This document shows positions 28,617 through 38,197 of a stretch of DNA of 64,000 bases, piece after piece. This DNA comes from Deltaproteobacteria bacterium (lineage in GTDB: Bacteria > JAGRBM01 > JAHCIT01). The translations under genes and the position numbers were made by a program. The notes beneath the pieces are model-generated. The model saw only the letters and a program-made list of their open reading frames with translations, did not search any database and was not told the DNA's origin. The stretch covers positions 1-64,000 of the forward strand of contig JAHCIT010000002.1 of the NCBI GenBank assembly GCA_026129095.1, given 5' to 3'. Each line of letters starts with the position of its first letter. The stretch's first letter is position 1.

Positions 28617-28931
28617 GTTCACGTACCAGGAGGTTCTGCTTCTGTACGGCCATCTGGGACCACTACATACGGACACCCACCAGTTAATACACAAGATATC
28701 TGGACAACCGTACCGCTACGATACATAGCGCAAGGATTTCTGCTTTAAGATTTCCTGCAACTTCATATCATCCCCATAAAAGACCGGGATTCGTGGCCGT
28801 GACGACGGCCAGTCGCTATAATAAACCGATTACAGTTTCGTTTTGTCGAATGACATCGATCATGGAGCGCTTGCGCCCAGCTGATAACATTTGAATCAGC
28901 AGCAAGTCCGCTACCGCACTGGAGTCATCAG

Positions 28932-31871
28932 GTGATTGGCGAGGCCGAAAAGAATACACCGCCCGCAGCGGACTCCAGCCGGACCGACCTGATTGGTTTC
29001 AGATTTCTGCCACTGCTCGTCTTCGTGGCCTTCAGTATTACCTGGATATACTTCACGGACGCTCTTGTCGCCCTGGTGGTCAGTGACTCCCGGATCGTAG
29101 CTGACCTCCAGACGGCAAAAGGGATGATCTATATTGCTGGATGCTCCCTGTTTCTTTACTGGCTGCTTCGCCGGCATCAACGCTCGGAGGCAGAGGCACA
29201 AGGGCGCGCCAGCCTCTATGCCAGCGATGCCAGGCACGCCCGCACCGAGCGGGACCGCCTGTTTGACCTTTCCCAGGACCTCCTGGCCGTCGCGACCAAA
29301 GATGGATGGCTGATCCAGGCGAACCAGGCCTGGACGGATACCCTCGGCTGGTCGAAGAAAGAACTCCTTTCGACCCATGCCCTCGATACCACCCATCCGG
29401 ACGACCAGGAGCAGTTGAAACGTTTTTTCGCCGAAGCCCAGGCCGGGAAGGAGCATTTCTCATGGCAGGACCGGACCCTGACCAAGGACGGCGGTTACCG
29501 GTGGATCGCCTGGAGCGCACGGATGGTTCCCGAGACAGGTATCGTCTATCTGGTCGGACGGGATATCACCGCCGCCCGCGAGCAGCAGGAACAGATACAG
29601 CACCATTCGGAAGCGGTGGAGCGGCTGAACCGCTCATTCCGTGTAATCCACGAGTGCAACGGTATTCTGGTGGAGCCCACCAGCGAGCCGGAAATGCTGC
29701 AGGCCATGTGCAAAATACTGAACGAGCTGGGCGGTTACCGGCTCGCCATGATCGCAATGCCCGAGCAGGATGCGAAAAAGACTGTCCGGATCGCCGCGTT
29801 TGCCGGACTCGACAGTTCGTTCATCGAATCCCTCAATCTTTCATGGGGTGAAGGCGAACGGGGCAACAGTCCCAGCGGCATTGCCCTCCGCACGGGCGAG
29901 CGTGTGGTTTCCCGCGACATCGCCACCGACAATTTCATGACACCGTGGCGTGACGCCGCCCTGTCGCGGGAGATCCGGTCCATCATTGCGCTTCCCCTGA
30001 AAACTGCCGGGAAAACAGTTGGCGTTCTCAGTATCTCCGCAACGAAGCCGGATGCTTTCGACAAAGATGAGATCGAGCTCCTGGAGGAACTCGCCGGAGA
30101 CATCGCCTACGGTATTCACGCCCGGCGCATGGCAACCAGCCGCCAGCGTGATGAGGACGAACTCCGGCTGGCGGCCGGGGTGATGGAAACCTCGCTCGAC
30201 GCGATCCTGATCGTCCGCGAGGACGGACGCATCCGGACGGTGAACTGGAGTTTCTGCGGACTGACGGGCCATGCGGCGGACGAAGTAACCGGCAAGTCCA
30301 TGGAGTCCCTTCTTGTCCTGAACGAAACCGGGTTCCGGCAGCAGAAGGAGGCGGTCGCACGGCGGGGGGCCTGGCAGGGGGAGTGCGAAATCCGCAAGCG
30401 GGATGGTTCACGGATTCCGTGCCAGCTCCGTCTGACAGCAGTATCGGCAGGCGGCGGGAAGATTGCCGCATATGTGGCCAGCCTGCAGGACGTGACCCCG
30501 CTGAAACTCGCTGAAGGCGACCTGATGAAATCGAGCCAGTATGACCGGCTGACCGGACTGCCCAACCGGCTCAAGTTCCTCGGCGATCTGGACGCAATCA
30601 TCCGGTCAGTCAGGCTCCGGCGTGAAACAGTCGGCGTTGCGGTGATTGATGTGGACCGGTTTGGCAGCATCAACGAACTGTTCGGCCATGAGGCGGGCGA
30701 CGGCCTGCTTCAGGAAATCGGCCGCCGCCTTGCGGACAACCTCAAGCAGGGAAGCTGGGCGGCCCGGCTCGGCGATGACGAGTTCGGGATATTGATCGCG
30801 GGAGCCGCGAATGTGACGGAAGTGACGGCGGAGGTGCAGAGGCTCCATAGCCGGCTGTCGCAGCCTTACTTGCTGGACGACCGGCAGGTCTTCCTGAATG
30901 TCAGCATGGGCATCTCCACGCACCCTGGCGGCGGCGAGACTGCCGCCGAACTTCTGCTGAATGCCGGAATCGCCCTCAAGCATGTGCGTGAGGAGGGCGG
31001 CAACCATTTCCTGCTGTTCCAGAACCACTGGAAGCAGCAGAGCCGGACCCGGTTCGATATCGAGACGCGAATCCGCCATGCGGTCGAGCGTGGCGAACTG
31101 GTTCTGCACTACCAGCCCGTTGTGAATATCGAAACCGGCCGGATCTCGGGGCTTGAAGCCCTGGCGCGATGGACCAATCCGGATCTGGGCCCGGTTTCAC
31201 CATCCGACTTCATTCCCGTGGCCGAACAGAACGGGACCATCCTCTCGATCTGCGAATGGTCCATGGAGACCGCCTGCCGGCAGATTGTGGAATGGAAACA
31301 GGCAGGCCTCCGCCCGCCACCGGTGGCGATCAACCTGACCGCCCGGCAGTTCCACGAGCGGGATCTGCTCCGGTGGATCACCGATCTTCTGGAATCGTAC
31401 AAACTTGGCGGATCCCATCTGGCTTTCGAACTTACCGAGGGGAGCGTCATGCGGCAGGTCAGCTATGCGATGGCCGTGCTCCGGGCAATCAAGGCACTGG
31501 GCTCCCCCGTCTATATCGATGATTTTGGAACGGGCTATTCGTCATTCAGCTACCTGACGCGGCTCTCCATCGACGCGCTCAAGATCGACGCCTCGTTCAT
31601 CCGGAACCTCCACCGCAATGCGGACGACCAGACGGTTGTCCGTTCGATGATCCTCATGGCGCACAACCTGGGCCTCAAGGTCGTAGCCGAAGGCGTGGAA
31701 ACCCCGGAGCAGGCCGACTGGCTGCGGAACGAAAAATGCGACCGGATCCAGGGATTCCTGTACAGCCCGGCGGTGGACGGTAACTCCATCGCCCGGATGC
31801 TGCAAAACGGGAACCTGACTGGCTCCGCAGCCATCCAGCCGCCCATTAAAGGCACGGAGAAGTCCCTGTGA
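28932..31871 (+). CDS. Membrane-anchored PAS-GAF-PAS-GGDEF-EAL c-di-GMP enzyme
   Basis: 2 N-terminal TMs, PAS (HPDD), GAF, DRLTGLPNR, RLGDDEF, LEALARW, DDFGTGYSS, VAEGVE, IQGFLYS. Confidence 0.92.
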   Translation: MIGEAEKNTPPAADSSRTDLIGFRFLPLLVFVAFSITWIYFTDALVALVVSDSRIVADLQTAKGMIYIAGCSLFLYWLLRRHQRSEAEAQGRASLYASDARHARTERDRLFDLSQDLLAVATKDGWLIQANQAWTDTLGWSKKELLSTHALDTTHPDDQEQLKRFFAEAQAGKEHFSWQDRTLTKDGGYRWIAWSARMVPETGIVYLVGRDITAAREQQEQIQHHSEAVERLNRSFRVIHECNGILVEPTSEPEMLQAMCKILNELGGYRLAMIAMPEQDAKKTVRIAAFAGLDSSFIESLNLSWGEGERGNSPSGIALRTGERVVSRDIATDNFMTPWRDAALSREIRSIIALPLKTAGKTVGVLSISATKPDAFDKDEIELLEELAGDIAYGIHARRMATSRQRDEDELRLAAGVMETSLDAILIVREDGRIRTVNWSFCGLTGHAADEVTGKSMESLLVLNETGFRQQKEAVARRGAWQGECEIRKRDGSRIPCQLRLTAVSAGGGKIAAYVASLQDVTPLKLAEGDLMKSSQYDRLTGLPNRLKFLGDLDAIIRSVRLRRETVGVAVIDVDRFGSINELFGHEAGDGLLQEIGRRLADNLKQGSWAARLGDDEFGILIAGAANVTEVTAEVQRLHSRLSQPYLLDDRQVFLNVSMGISTHPGGGETAAELLLNAGIALKHVREEGGNHFLLFQNHWKQQSRTRFDIETRIRHAVERGELVLHYQPVVNIETGRISGLEALARWTNPDLGPVSPSDFIPVAEQNGTILSICEWSMETACRQIVEWKQAGLRPPPVAINLTARQFHERDLLRWITDLLESYKLGGSHLAFELTEGSVMRQVSYAMAVLRAIKALGSPVYIDDFGTGYSSFSYLTRLSIDALKIDASFIRNLHRNADDQTVVRSMILMAHNLGLKVVAEGVETPEQADWLRNEKCDRIQGFLYSPAVDGNSIARMLQNGNLTGSAAIQPPIKGTEKSL

Positions 31872-33397
31872 TACGGACGGAACTCCGGACCGTGTGTGCG
31901 GCTGCCCTGGCGGGCCTATTTTTTGCTGGTTTGGCCGCCGCCGAATCCGGACGGTGGCCGCCGCCGCTCTGTACAGATACGCAGTTCGACCTGCACAGCC
32001 GTGACGGCATCCCCGCCCTTGTCTCCTCCGCCAACCGCCCACCCCGCATCAGCGGAACCCCGGGCACGCGAATCCTGGCAGACAACGACTATGTGTTCCT
32101 TCCCGACGCGAGCGACCCCGATGGCGACCGTCTGGAGTTTTTCATTGCCAACCAGCCCGCGTGGACCGAGTTCAACCGCGAATGGGGCAGTCTGTCAGGT
32201 ATTCCCACCGAGGCAGATACCGGTGTCTATCCTGGCATCTCGATTTCGGTTTCCGACGGTCGCTCGGCCCCGGTGTCTCTGCCGCCATTCACGATCACGG
32301 TCACAGGACGTGACGGCCGGAAACCGGCAACCGCAGCTCTCCGCGTCCAGCGTCCAGCCGATCCCCTTTATAACGGCATTCCCCTGAGCACCTGGATACG
32401 GTCCCTGGACAGCAGCGATATTTCCGAACGCCGCCGGGCACTTCAGGTGATGACGGCCATGGGACCGGAGGCTTCGGCCGCCGTACCGGTACTCATCGCC
32501 ATTTTGCAGCGGCCGGTGGAGAACCCTCTGGTGCGGGCCGGATCGGCAACCGCGCTAGGCCGGGTCGGACGCGGAGCCCGCGAGGCGGTTCCGGCCCTCA
32601 TCCGTTACCTCATGGAAGGTGGAGCCCTGAACGTGGAAGCGGCCGCCGAAGCGCTCGGGAAAATCGGCGAACCGGCAGCCGTTCCCTTCCTTGCCCGGTA
32701 TCTGGAGCGCAGCGAACCGGCAATCGCCCGCAAGGTCGCAACCGCGCTGGGGGAGATCGGACCGGCCGCCTTCGAGGCCGTGCCGCTTCTGGTGAAGTCG
32801 ATGCAGAAGGGCAATGAGCAGGCGGCCGAGGCCCTTGGCCGCATTGGCGACCCTGCAAGCGTTCCGGCGCTGACGGCAGCACTGTCCGACTGGCGCATCG
32901 CCTATGGGGCCGCCTCGGCCCTCGGGGCGATCGGTGCCGAGGACGCCCGCGTCGTTCCCGCCCTTGTCCGTGCGGTAGGTTCGTCCGCGCCGGAGCCGGT
33001 CCGGGTGCGTGTGATCGAGGTTCTCGGCTCCTTCGGCATACGGGCGCAGGAGGCCATCCCCGCCTTGGTGGGACTCCTGAAGGGCAGCCATCCGGCCGCG
33101 GTCCGGGCAGCGGCCGCGCAGGCGCTGATGAACATCTCGACGGAAAAGGAGGGCGGGCTGCCGGTGCTGATCTGGGCGCTGGGCGACGCCCCCGATCCGG
33201 CCGTCCGGCGCTGGGCGGCCGAATTCATCGGACGCCTCGGACCGTCGGCCATCGATGCCATTCCCGCCCTGCTCAAGGCCACCGCCGATCCTGACAGCGG
33301 CGTCCGGGCAGAAGCCGAGCGGTCGCTTCGCAAGCTCCAGGGCCGTATGGCCGGGAAGCCGCTGCCCGGAAGCGACCGGCTGGCCTCCGGTAAATAG
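31868..33397 (+). CDS. Exported HEAT-repeat protein with an Ig-like (putative Ig/cadherin-like) domain
   Basis: Signal-like N-terminus; NRPPRISG..ASDPDGDRLEF..GSLSGIP..ISVSDG..FTITV; then about 10 AAxALGxIG..AVPAL repeats. Confidence 0.8.
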   Translation: MIRTELRTVCAAALAGLFFAGLAAAESGRWPPPLCTDTQFDLHSRDGIPALVSSANRPPRISGTPGTRILADNDYVFLPDASDPDGDRLEFFIANQPAWTEFNREWGSLSGIPTEADTGVYPGISISVSDGRSAPVSLPPFTITVTGRDGRKPATAALRVQRPADPLYNGIPLSTWIRSLDSSDISERRRALQVMTAMGPEASAAVPVLIAILQRPVENPLVRAGSATALGRVGRGAREAVPALIRYLMEGGALNVEAAAEALGKIGEPAAVPFLARYLERSEPAIARKVATALGEIGPAAFEAVPLLVKSMQKGNEQAAEALGRIGDPASVPALTAALSDWRIAYGAASALGAIGAEDARVVPALVRAVGSSAPEPVRVRVIEVLGSFGIRAQEAIPALVGLLKGSHPAAVRAAAAQALMNISTEKEGGLPVLIWALGDAPDPAVRRWAAEFIGRLGPSAIDAIPALLKATADPDSGVRAEAERSLRKLQGRMAGKPLPGSDRLASGK

Positions 33398-33402
33398 GTC
33401 CG

Positions 33403-34086
33403 TTACGGTCCGTCTGGTCCGGCAATCCTGTCCATGAATCCGGAGGCGAGCCTGAGCAGCGGCGCTTTCAGTTCCGGGAGGCGCTGGTATTCGCCGGTAC
33501 CGACAAGGCTTGTCACCATCGAACTCACCGCATTCACCAGCAGGCGCACGGCGAACTTCTGGTCCGGATCGTCGCCGGGCATGCCGGAAACCCCGCGCAG
33601 GGCTTCCGATATGAGGGTCACGAATACCTCCATCGACACCCGCCGCTGCTCGATGGCCTTCGGCCCGGCGGCATAGACCTCGACGAGAAACGTACGGGCC
33701 AGCTGGGGCTGGCTCGCCAGTGTGCCCAGATAGACCGTAAGCGCCCGGTCCAGAATGCGCACCGGATCCTTCGGTTTTCCGGGCTGGAATGCCTCGGCCA
33801 CCATCGCACGGATTCCGTTCGTCATAAGCAGGGCGATCTGCCCGGCAGCCGTTTCGTAGGCTTCCCGGAAACACTCCTCCTTGTCACGGAACATCGCATA
33901 GAAGGTGGCGCGGGAGACTCCAGCACGGGATATGACGTCGGCGACCGAGGTGTTGGCATAGCCCTTTTCCGCGACGGCATAGGTCATGGCGAGGAGCAGC
34001 CGCGCCCGCTGGGACTTTTCGACCTCCTCCCTGGACAGGCTGTGCGGGCCGCGGGGGAGCGCCCGGGATGGCTTCGCGTGGCTCAT
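33403..34086 (-). CDS. TetR/AcrR family transcriptional regulator
   Basis: KGYANTSVADVISRAGVSRATFYAMFRDKE HTH. Start at MSHAKP. Confidence 0.92.
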   Translation of the reverse strand: MSHAKPSRALPRGPHSLSREEVEKSQRARLLLAMTYAVAEKGYANTSVADVISRAGVSRATFYAMFRDKEECFREAYETAAGQIALLMTNGIRAMVAEAFQPGKPKDPVRILDRALTVYLGTLASQPQLARTFLVEVYAAGPKAIEQRRVSMEVFVTLISEALRGVSGMPGDDPDQKFAVRLLVNAVSSMVTSLVGTGEYQRLPELKAPLLRLASGFMDRIAGPDGP

Positions 34087-34270
34087 GGCTGGATAGTGGC
34101 AGAAATTTTCTTGATCCGGGAGTGGAATACAGGGATATTTTCTACTTAGTGCGGCAAACTTCAAACGATCTGCTGTCCTAAATTATTCAAATAAAATCAG
34201 ATAGTTAATAGTATTCCCCCAATTTCCCATCGGCAGGAACCCCGGTAAATCGTGGGGCAGGCAAAAAAGT

Positions 34271-34334
34271 TGTAGACATTGGTGTTTATAGTTGATAGGG
34301 TCGGCCTATCAAATTATAAACATAGTCGTTTATA
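34271..34334. promoter_or_regulatory. Two palindromic 20-bp candidate TetR operators
   Basis: TGTAGAC-ATTGGT-GTTTATA (34271-34290) and TATAAAC-ATAGTC-GTTTATA (34315-34334) lie between the divergent tetR and esterase genes. Confidence 0.65.
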
Positions 34335-34383
34335 TCTCTACGGGGAGCTGAACGACCCAGAAGGAAAACCAGGGGGAAACCGA

Positions 34384-35463
34384 ATGAAAACGCAGGAAAC
34401 AAACTTACAGACAGCCAGAACGCGCCGCGCCTTTGCGCTTGCCGCCATCCTCGCCGTGGCGCTCGTCGCCGGTAACGTGCGGACAGCCGAGGCCGGAGCA
34501 CCTCCGCCGCCTCCTCCACCGCCTTCACCCAACGTGCTGGGGCTCGCCTCCGGCTGGGGAATTACCGTCCACGGCTCGCGCTGGATCACGAGCCGGACGG
34601 CTGAAGTGGATATCTCCACCGGCGCGGTTGCCACCAACGCGGTCAACGGCCCGCACCGGATCCGCATTACGCTGCCGGGCAACTACTACTCGAGCGGCGG
34701 CACACGCTTTCCGGTGCTGTATCTCCTGCATGGGGGCGCGGGAGGAAACTCGGCCCAGTGGACCACTGGCGGCGGCGCGGCCGAATACATCACCCGCAAC
34801 AGGCCGCTCATTACCGTCATGCCGGACGGCGGCAAGGTGGGCTGGTACACCGACTGGCTGAACATGTCCGCCGGATCGCAGGCCTGGGAGCACTTCCACC
34901 TCTACCAGCTCATTCCGTGGGTGGATGCGAACTTCCGCACCATCGCCCGCCGGGAGGGACGCGCCATCGCAGGGCTCTCGATGGGCGGCTTCGGCGCGAT
35001 CCACTACGCCCAGCAGCGGCCCGACCTGTTCATCTACGCGGGCAGCTTCTCCGGCGCGCTTGATCTGGAAAACCAGGGAATCCGGACTGTCATCACGGAA
35101 CAGACGATGCAGAATGGTTTCCCGGTCGATGGCCCCTTCGGTTGGCCGGTCATCGGCCTCGACGGTGCCTGGATCGCCAACAATCCGCTCCGCCGGGCCG
35201 ACCGGCTCCGGGGCATGCATATCGCCCTCTATGCGGGCGACGGCATCCACGACGCCGATGTCCTTGAACGTACCGTCGGCTGGTCAACCTACCAGATGCA
35301 CCTGTCGCTGAACGCCGCCGGTGTGCCACACTTCTACTGGATGTATGGCCGCCCCGGACCGGGAACCCCGTGGAACTGCGACGGCGGTCACAACTTCGGT
35401 TGCTGGAACAAGGCCCTTGAGCACATGGTACCCATGATGATGAACGTCCTGTGGCATCCATGA
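34384..35463 (+). CDS. Secreted esterase, antigen-85/putative esterase family alpha/beta hydrolase
   Basis: Signal peptide (..AEA/G), Pro-rich linker, FPVLYLLHG, VMPDGG..GWYTDW, GLSMGG nucleophile elbow, GGH. Confidence 0.85.
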   Translation: MKTQETNLQTARTRRAFALAAILAVALVAGNVRTAEAGAPPPPPPPPSPNVLGLASGWGITVHGSRWITSRTAEVDISTGAVATNAVNGPHRIRITLPGNYYSSGGTRFPVLYLLHGGAGGNSAQWTTGGGAAEYITRNRPLITVMPDGGKVGWYTDWLNMSAGSQAWEHFHLYQLIPWVDANFRTIARREGRAIAGLSMGGFGAIHYAQQRPDLFIYAGSFSGALDLENQGIRTVITEQTMQNGFPVDGPFGWPVIGLDGAWIANNPLRRADRLRGMHIALYAGDGIHDADVLERTVGWSTYQMHLSLNAAGVPHFYWMYGRPGPGTPWNCDGGHNFGCWNKALEHMVPMMMNVLWHP

Positions 35464-35552
35464 GCCGCTGACCCCGGGATCAGCCATCCGGCCGGACAGC
35501 GGGATTCGACAATCCCCTGCCCGGCCGCTTCACTTAACGGAAAGTCTGCGCA

Positions 35553-36437
35553 ATGAAAACCTTCGACTTCCACGGCTGGCCAGTAAAGTACGCCCATGCG
35601 GGCAGCGGAGAGCCGGTAATCTTCCTGCACAACGGCGGAACTTCCCATGCAATCTGGAATGAAGTGATGCCGCGTCTTTCCCGGCATTACGAACTGTTCG
35701 CGCTGGATCTTCCCGGTTTCGGTGCTTCCGCCCGCCCCGGGCCCGGTTTCACGCTCGACCACTACGTGGCGATGATCGGGGAGTTTGTCGATTGTCATCG
35801 CCTTGCGCCGGTAATGCTCACCGGAAACTGCATGGGGAGCGCCATGTCGCTGGCCTTTGCCATCCGGCGTCCACGGGATGTCCGGGCACTCGTTCTGGTG
35901 AATCCGCTGACGGCGGCGACGATTTCGGCCGGAGAACTGGGCCCGGTCATCCAGTTCCGCCGCCGGGCACCAGCTCTGGCCGGTCCGGCGTACGGAATGC
36001 TTGGCCGTCTCCGGCTGACAGAATGGATCGGTGGCCAGGTTCTCCGGTTCCAGACCGGACCGGAGGGCCGGGCCCGAAACGTCGAACAGAACGCCGAACT
36101 CAGGCAATGCTACGCCGCACCCGGGCAGATGCAGGCCCTCCTTGCGGTTGTGGACGACATCGAAAGCTACGCCGCCCTCGACCGGTTTACCCCGGACGGG
36201 AAGTTCCCTCCCCTTTGCACGATCTGGGGGCTCGACAACCGGGTGCTGTCGCCGAAGGCCGGGCGCACCCTGAACCAGACCCTCCGGCCCCGCCGGGAGG
36301 AATGGCTGGAGGGCTGCGGGCACCTGCCCATGCTCGAACAGCCGGAGACGGTCGCCGGCATCATTGAGGATTTTCTCCGGGAACACGGCCCGTCCCGGCT
36401 CCGGGTCGTCAGCCCCAAAACCGTGGAGGCCCGCTGA
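35553..36437 (+). CDS. Alpha/beta-fold hydrolase with Cys at the nucleophile elbow
   Basis: FLHNGG, LDLPGFGAS, GNCMG, WGLDN, CGHLPMLE. Confidence 0.85.
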   Translation: MKTFDFHGWPVKYAHAGSGEPVIFLHNGGTSHAIWNEVMPRLSRHYELFALDLPGFGASARPGPGFTLDHYVAMIGEFVDCHRLAPVMLTGNCMGSAMSLAFAIRRPRDVRALVLVNPLTAATISAGELGPVIQFRRRAPALAGPAYGMLGRLRLTEWIGGQVLRFQTGPEGRARNVEQNAELRQCYAAPGQMQALLAVVDDIESYAALDRFTPDGKFPPLCTIWGLDNRVLSPKAGRTLNQTLRPRREEWLEGCGHLPMLEQPETVAGIIEDFLREHGPSRLRVVSPKTVEAR

Positions 36438-38150
36438 ATGAACCCGCTCGAAAACGGCATTTTCGATCTCGCCAGCATCGCCCATGACGTCGCCCTCAAC
36501 GACCCTGCACGGATCGCGGTGGTTGAACCGGCCGGACGCGGCCCCAGCGGCGTCCGCCGGTACCGGCGGTACACCTACCGGGAACTGTCGGCAGACGTCG
36601 AGGCGGTGGCACCGGGACTGAGGGAGATCGGCATAGCCGAAGGCACGCGCACGGTATTCATGTCTCCGCCCAGCTATGAAACCTGCGTGATCGGTCTCGC
36701 CCTGTCGCGTGTCGGCGCGACTCTCGTGCTGATTGATCCATCCGTCGGCTACCGGAACGTGGCCGAACGGCTCCGGCGCATCGAGCCAGAGGCCTTCGTC
36801 GGCATTCCTGTCGCCCATCTCGGCCGTCTTGCCTTCGGCTGGGGGCCCCGCACCCTGCGCAAGCTGGTGGTCACGGGAACGCCGGGCTTCCCCGGCGCCC
36901 ATACGGTCCAGTCGCTCCGCCGGAAAGCTCCGGACACTCCTGTTCCGCCAGCCATTTCCCCGGATGACCCTGCCGCGATCATGTACACGACCGGAAGCAC
37001 CGGTCCCGCCAAGCCCTCCTACTACCAGCACCGGCACTTCGCCGCCGTCTGCCGGCAGGTACATCAGAGCTGGCGGTTCGATCCGAAAAGGGAAATACCG
37101 GTGGACATGCCGGTCTTTCCGGCCTTCTTTTTCATCGCACTCAGTGCTGGCGGTACCGTTGTCGTTCCGCCCATCGATTTCGTCCGCCAGGGACCCGCGA
37201 AGGCCAATCCGGCGGCACTGGTGGAGGTCATCAACGACTGCGGCGTGAGGTCGCTATTCGGTTCCCCGGTCCTGCTGGAAAACCTCGCCACGCATGCCGT
37301 CCGGAATGGTCTCCGGATGCCAACCCTGAAGCGGGTGATCGGCGGCGGCGCGCCCATCGTCGCCTCGCTGGTAAAGCCCATGCTCGATGTGATGGGGGAA
37401 GGCGGCGACGTGGTCTCGAACTACGGTTCGACCGAGGCGCTCCCTTCCACGGAAATGAGCGGCCGGGAGATGCTGAAAGAAACCTGGAAGGAAACCGGTC
37501 AGGGGGCGGGGATCTGCGTCGGACGGCCCTTCGACGGCACCGACCTGATGATCATCCGGATCGTGGACGGCCCGCTGGAATCGATGGACGCAGCGGAAAT
37601 CCTTGGCCCCGGCGAAACCGGGGAAATCCTGATCCGCGGGGCGCATGTGAGCCCGGCCTACTTCCGCGACCTCGACAGCACCCGCAAGAACAAGATACCG
37701 GACGGCCAGGGAGGCGTGTGGCACCGGATCGGGGACGCGGGTTATCTGGATGCCCAGGGACGTCTCTGGTACTGCGGACGGGCCGGGCAGCGGGTCAAGG
37801 CTGCGGGCGGACCGCTGTTCTCGCTCCAGTGCGAGCCGATCTTCGACACGCACCCGAAGGTGCGGCGGAGCGGGCTGGTTGGAGTCGCCGTCAACGGACA
37901 GGAAATACCGGTAATCTGCGTCGAGCTGAAAGCAGGTTTCCACCGGGATGAACTGCCGGAAATCCGCAAGGAACTGCTGGATCTCGCTGCCCGTCATCCC
38001 GTCACCCGGCCCATCCGGCAGGTTCTGTTCAAGCGGCGGCTACCGGTAGACCCCCGGCACAACTCGAAGATCGAACGCCCCGCGCTGGCCCTGTGGGCTG
38101 CCAGCCAGATCAGCCGGGCGGCGGCGCCAGGACTGGCCTCCGCCGCCTGA
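36438..38150 (+). CDS. AMP-dependent ligase, OleC (beta-lactone synthetase)-like
   Basis: YTTGSTGPAK, YGSTEALP, WHRIGDAGYLDAQGRLWYCGR and C-terminal PVDPRHNSKI, as recalled for OleC-type enzymes. Confidence 0.75.
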   Translation: MNPLENGIFDLASIAHDVALNDPARIAVVEPAGRGPSGVRRYRRYTYRELSADVEAVAPGLREIGIAEGTRTVFMSPPSYETCVIGLALSRVGATLVLIDPSVGYRNVAERLRRIEPEAFVGIPVAHLGRLAFGWGPRTLRKLVVTGTPGFPGAHTVQSLRRKAPDTPVPPAISPDDPAAIMYTTGSTGPAKPSYYQHRHFAAVCRQVHQSWRFDPKREIPVDMPVFPAFFFIALSAGGTVVVPPIDFVRQGPAKANPAALVEVINDCGVRSLFGSPVLLENLATHAVRNGLRMPTLKRVIGGGAPIVASLVKPMLDVMGEGGDVVSNYGSTEALPSTEMSGREMLKETWKETGQGAGICVGRPFDGTDLMIIRIVDGPLESMDAAEILGPGETGEILIRGAHVSPAYFRDLDSTRKNKIPDGQGGVWHRIGDAGYLDAQGRLWYCGRAGQRVKAAGGPLFSLQCEPIFDTHPKVRRSGLVGVAVNGQEIPVICVELKAGFHRDELPEIRKELLDLAARHPVTRPIRQVLFKRRLPVDPRHNSKIERPALALWAASQISRAAAPGLASAA

Positions 38151-38197
38151 AGTCCGCCGTTTGCCATCCCGGCACCAGCGGGCTTTCATGGCCGGTG

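Noticed and set aside
28620-28930. Short palindromes (CGCTA-N7-TAGCG, TGGCCGT-GACG-ACGGCCA) and an NrdR-like ACACAAGATATCTGG upstream of the EAL gene
   Set aside because: No c-di-GMP riboswitch consensus recognised; the matches are too weak and the context does not fit NrdR.
34500-34530. CCG/CCT-rich low-complexity tract
   Set aside because: Encodes a poly-proline linker with mixed codons; not a slippage or phase-variation repeat.
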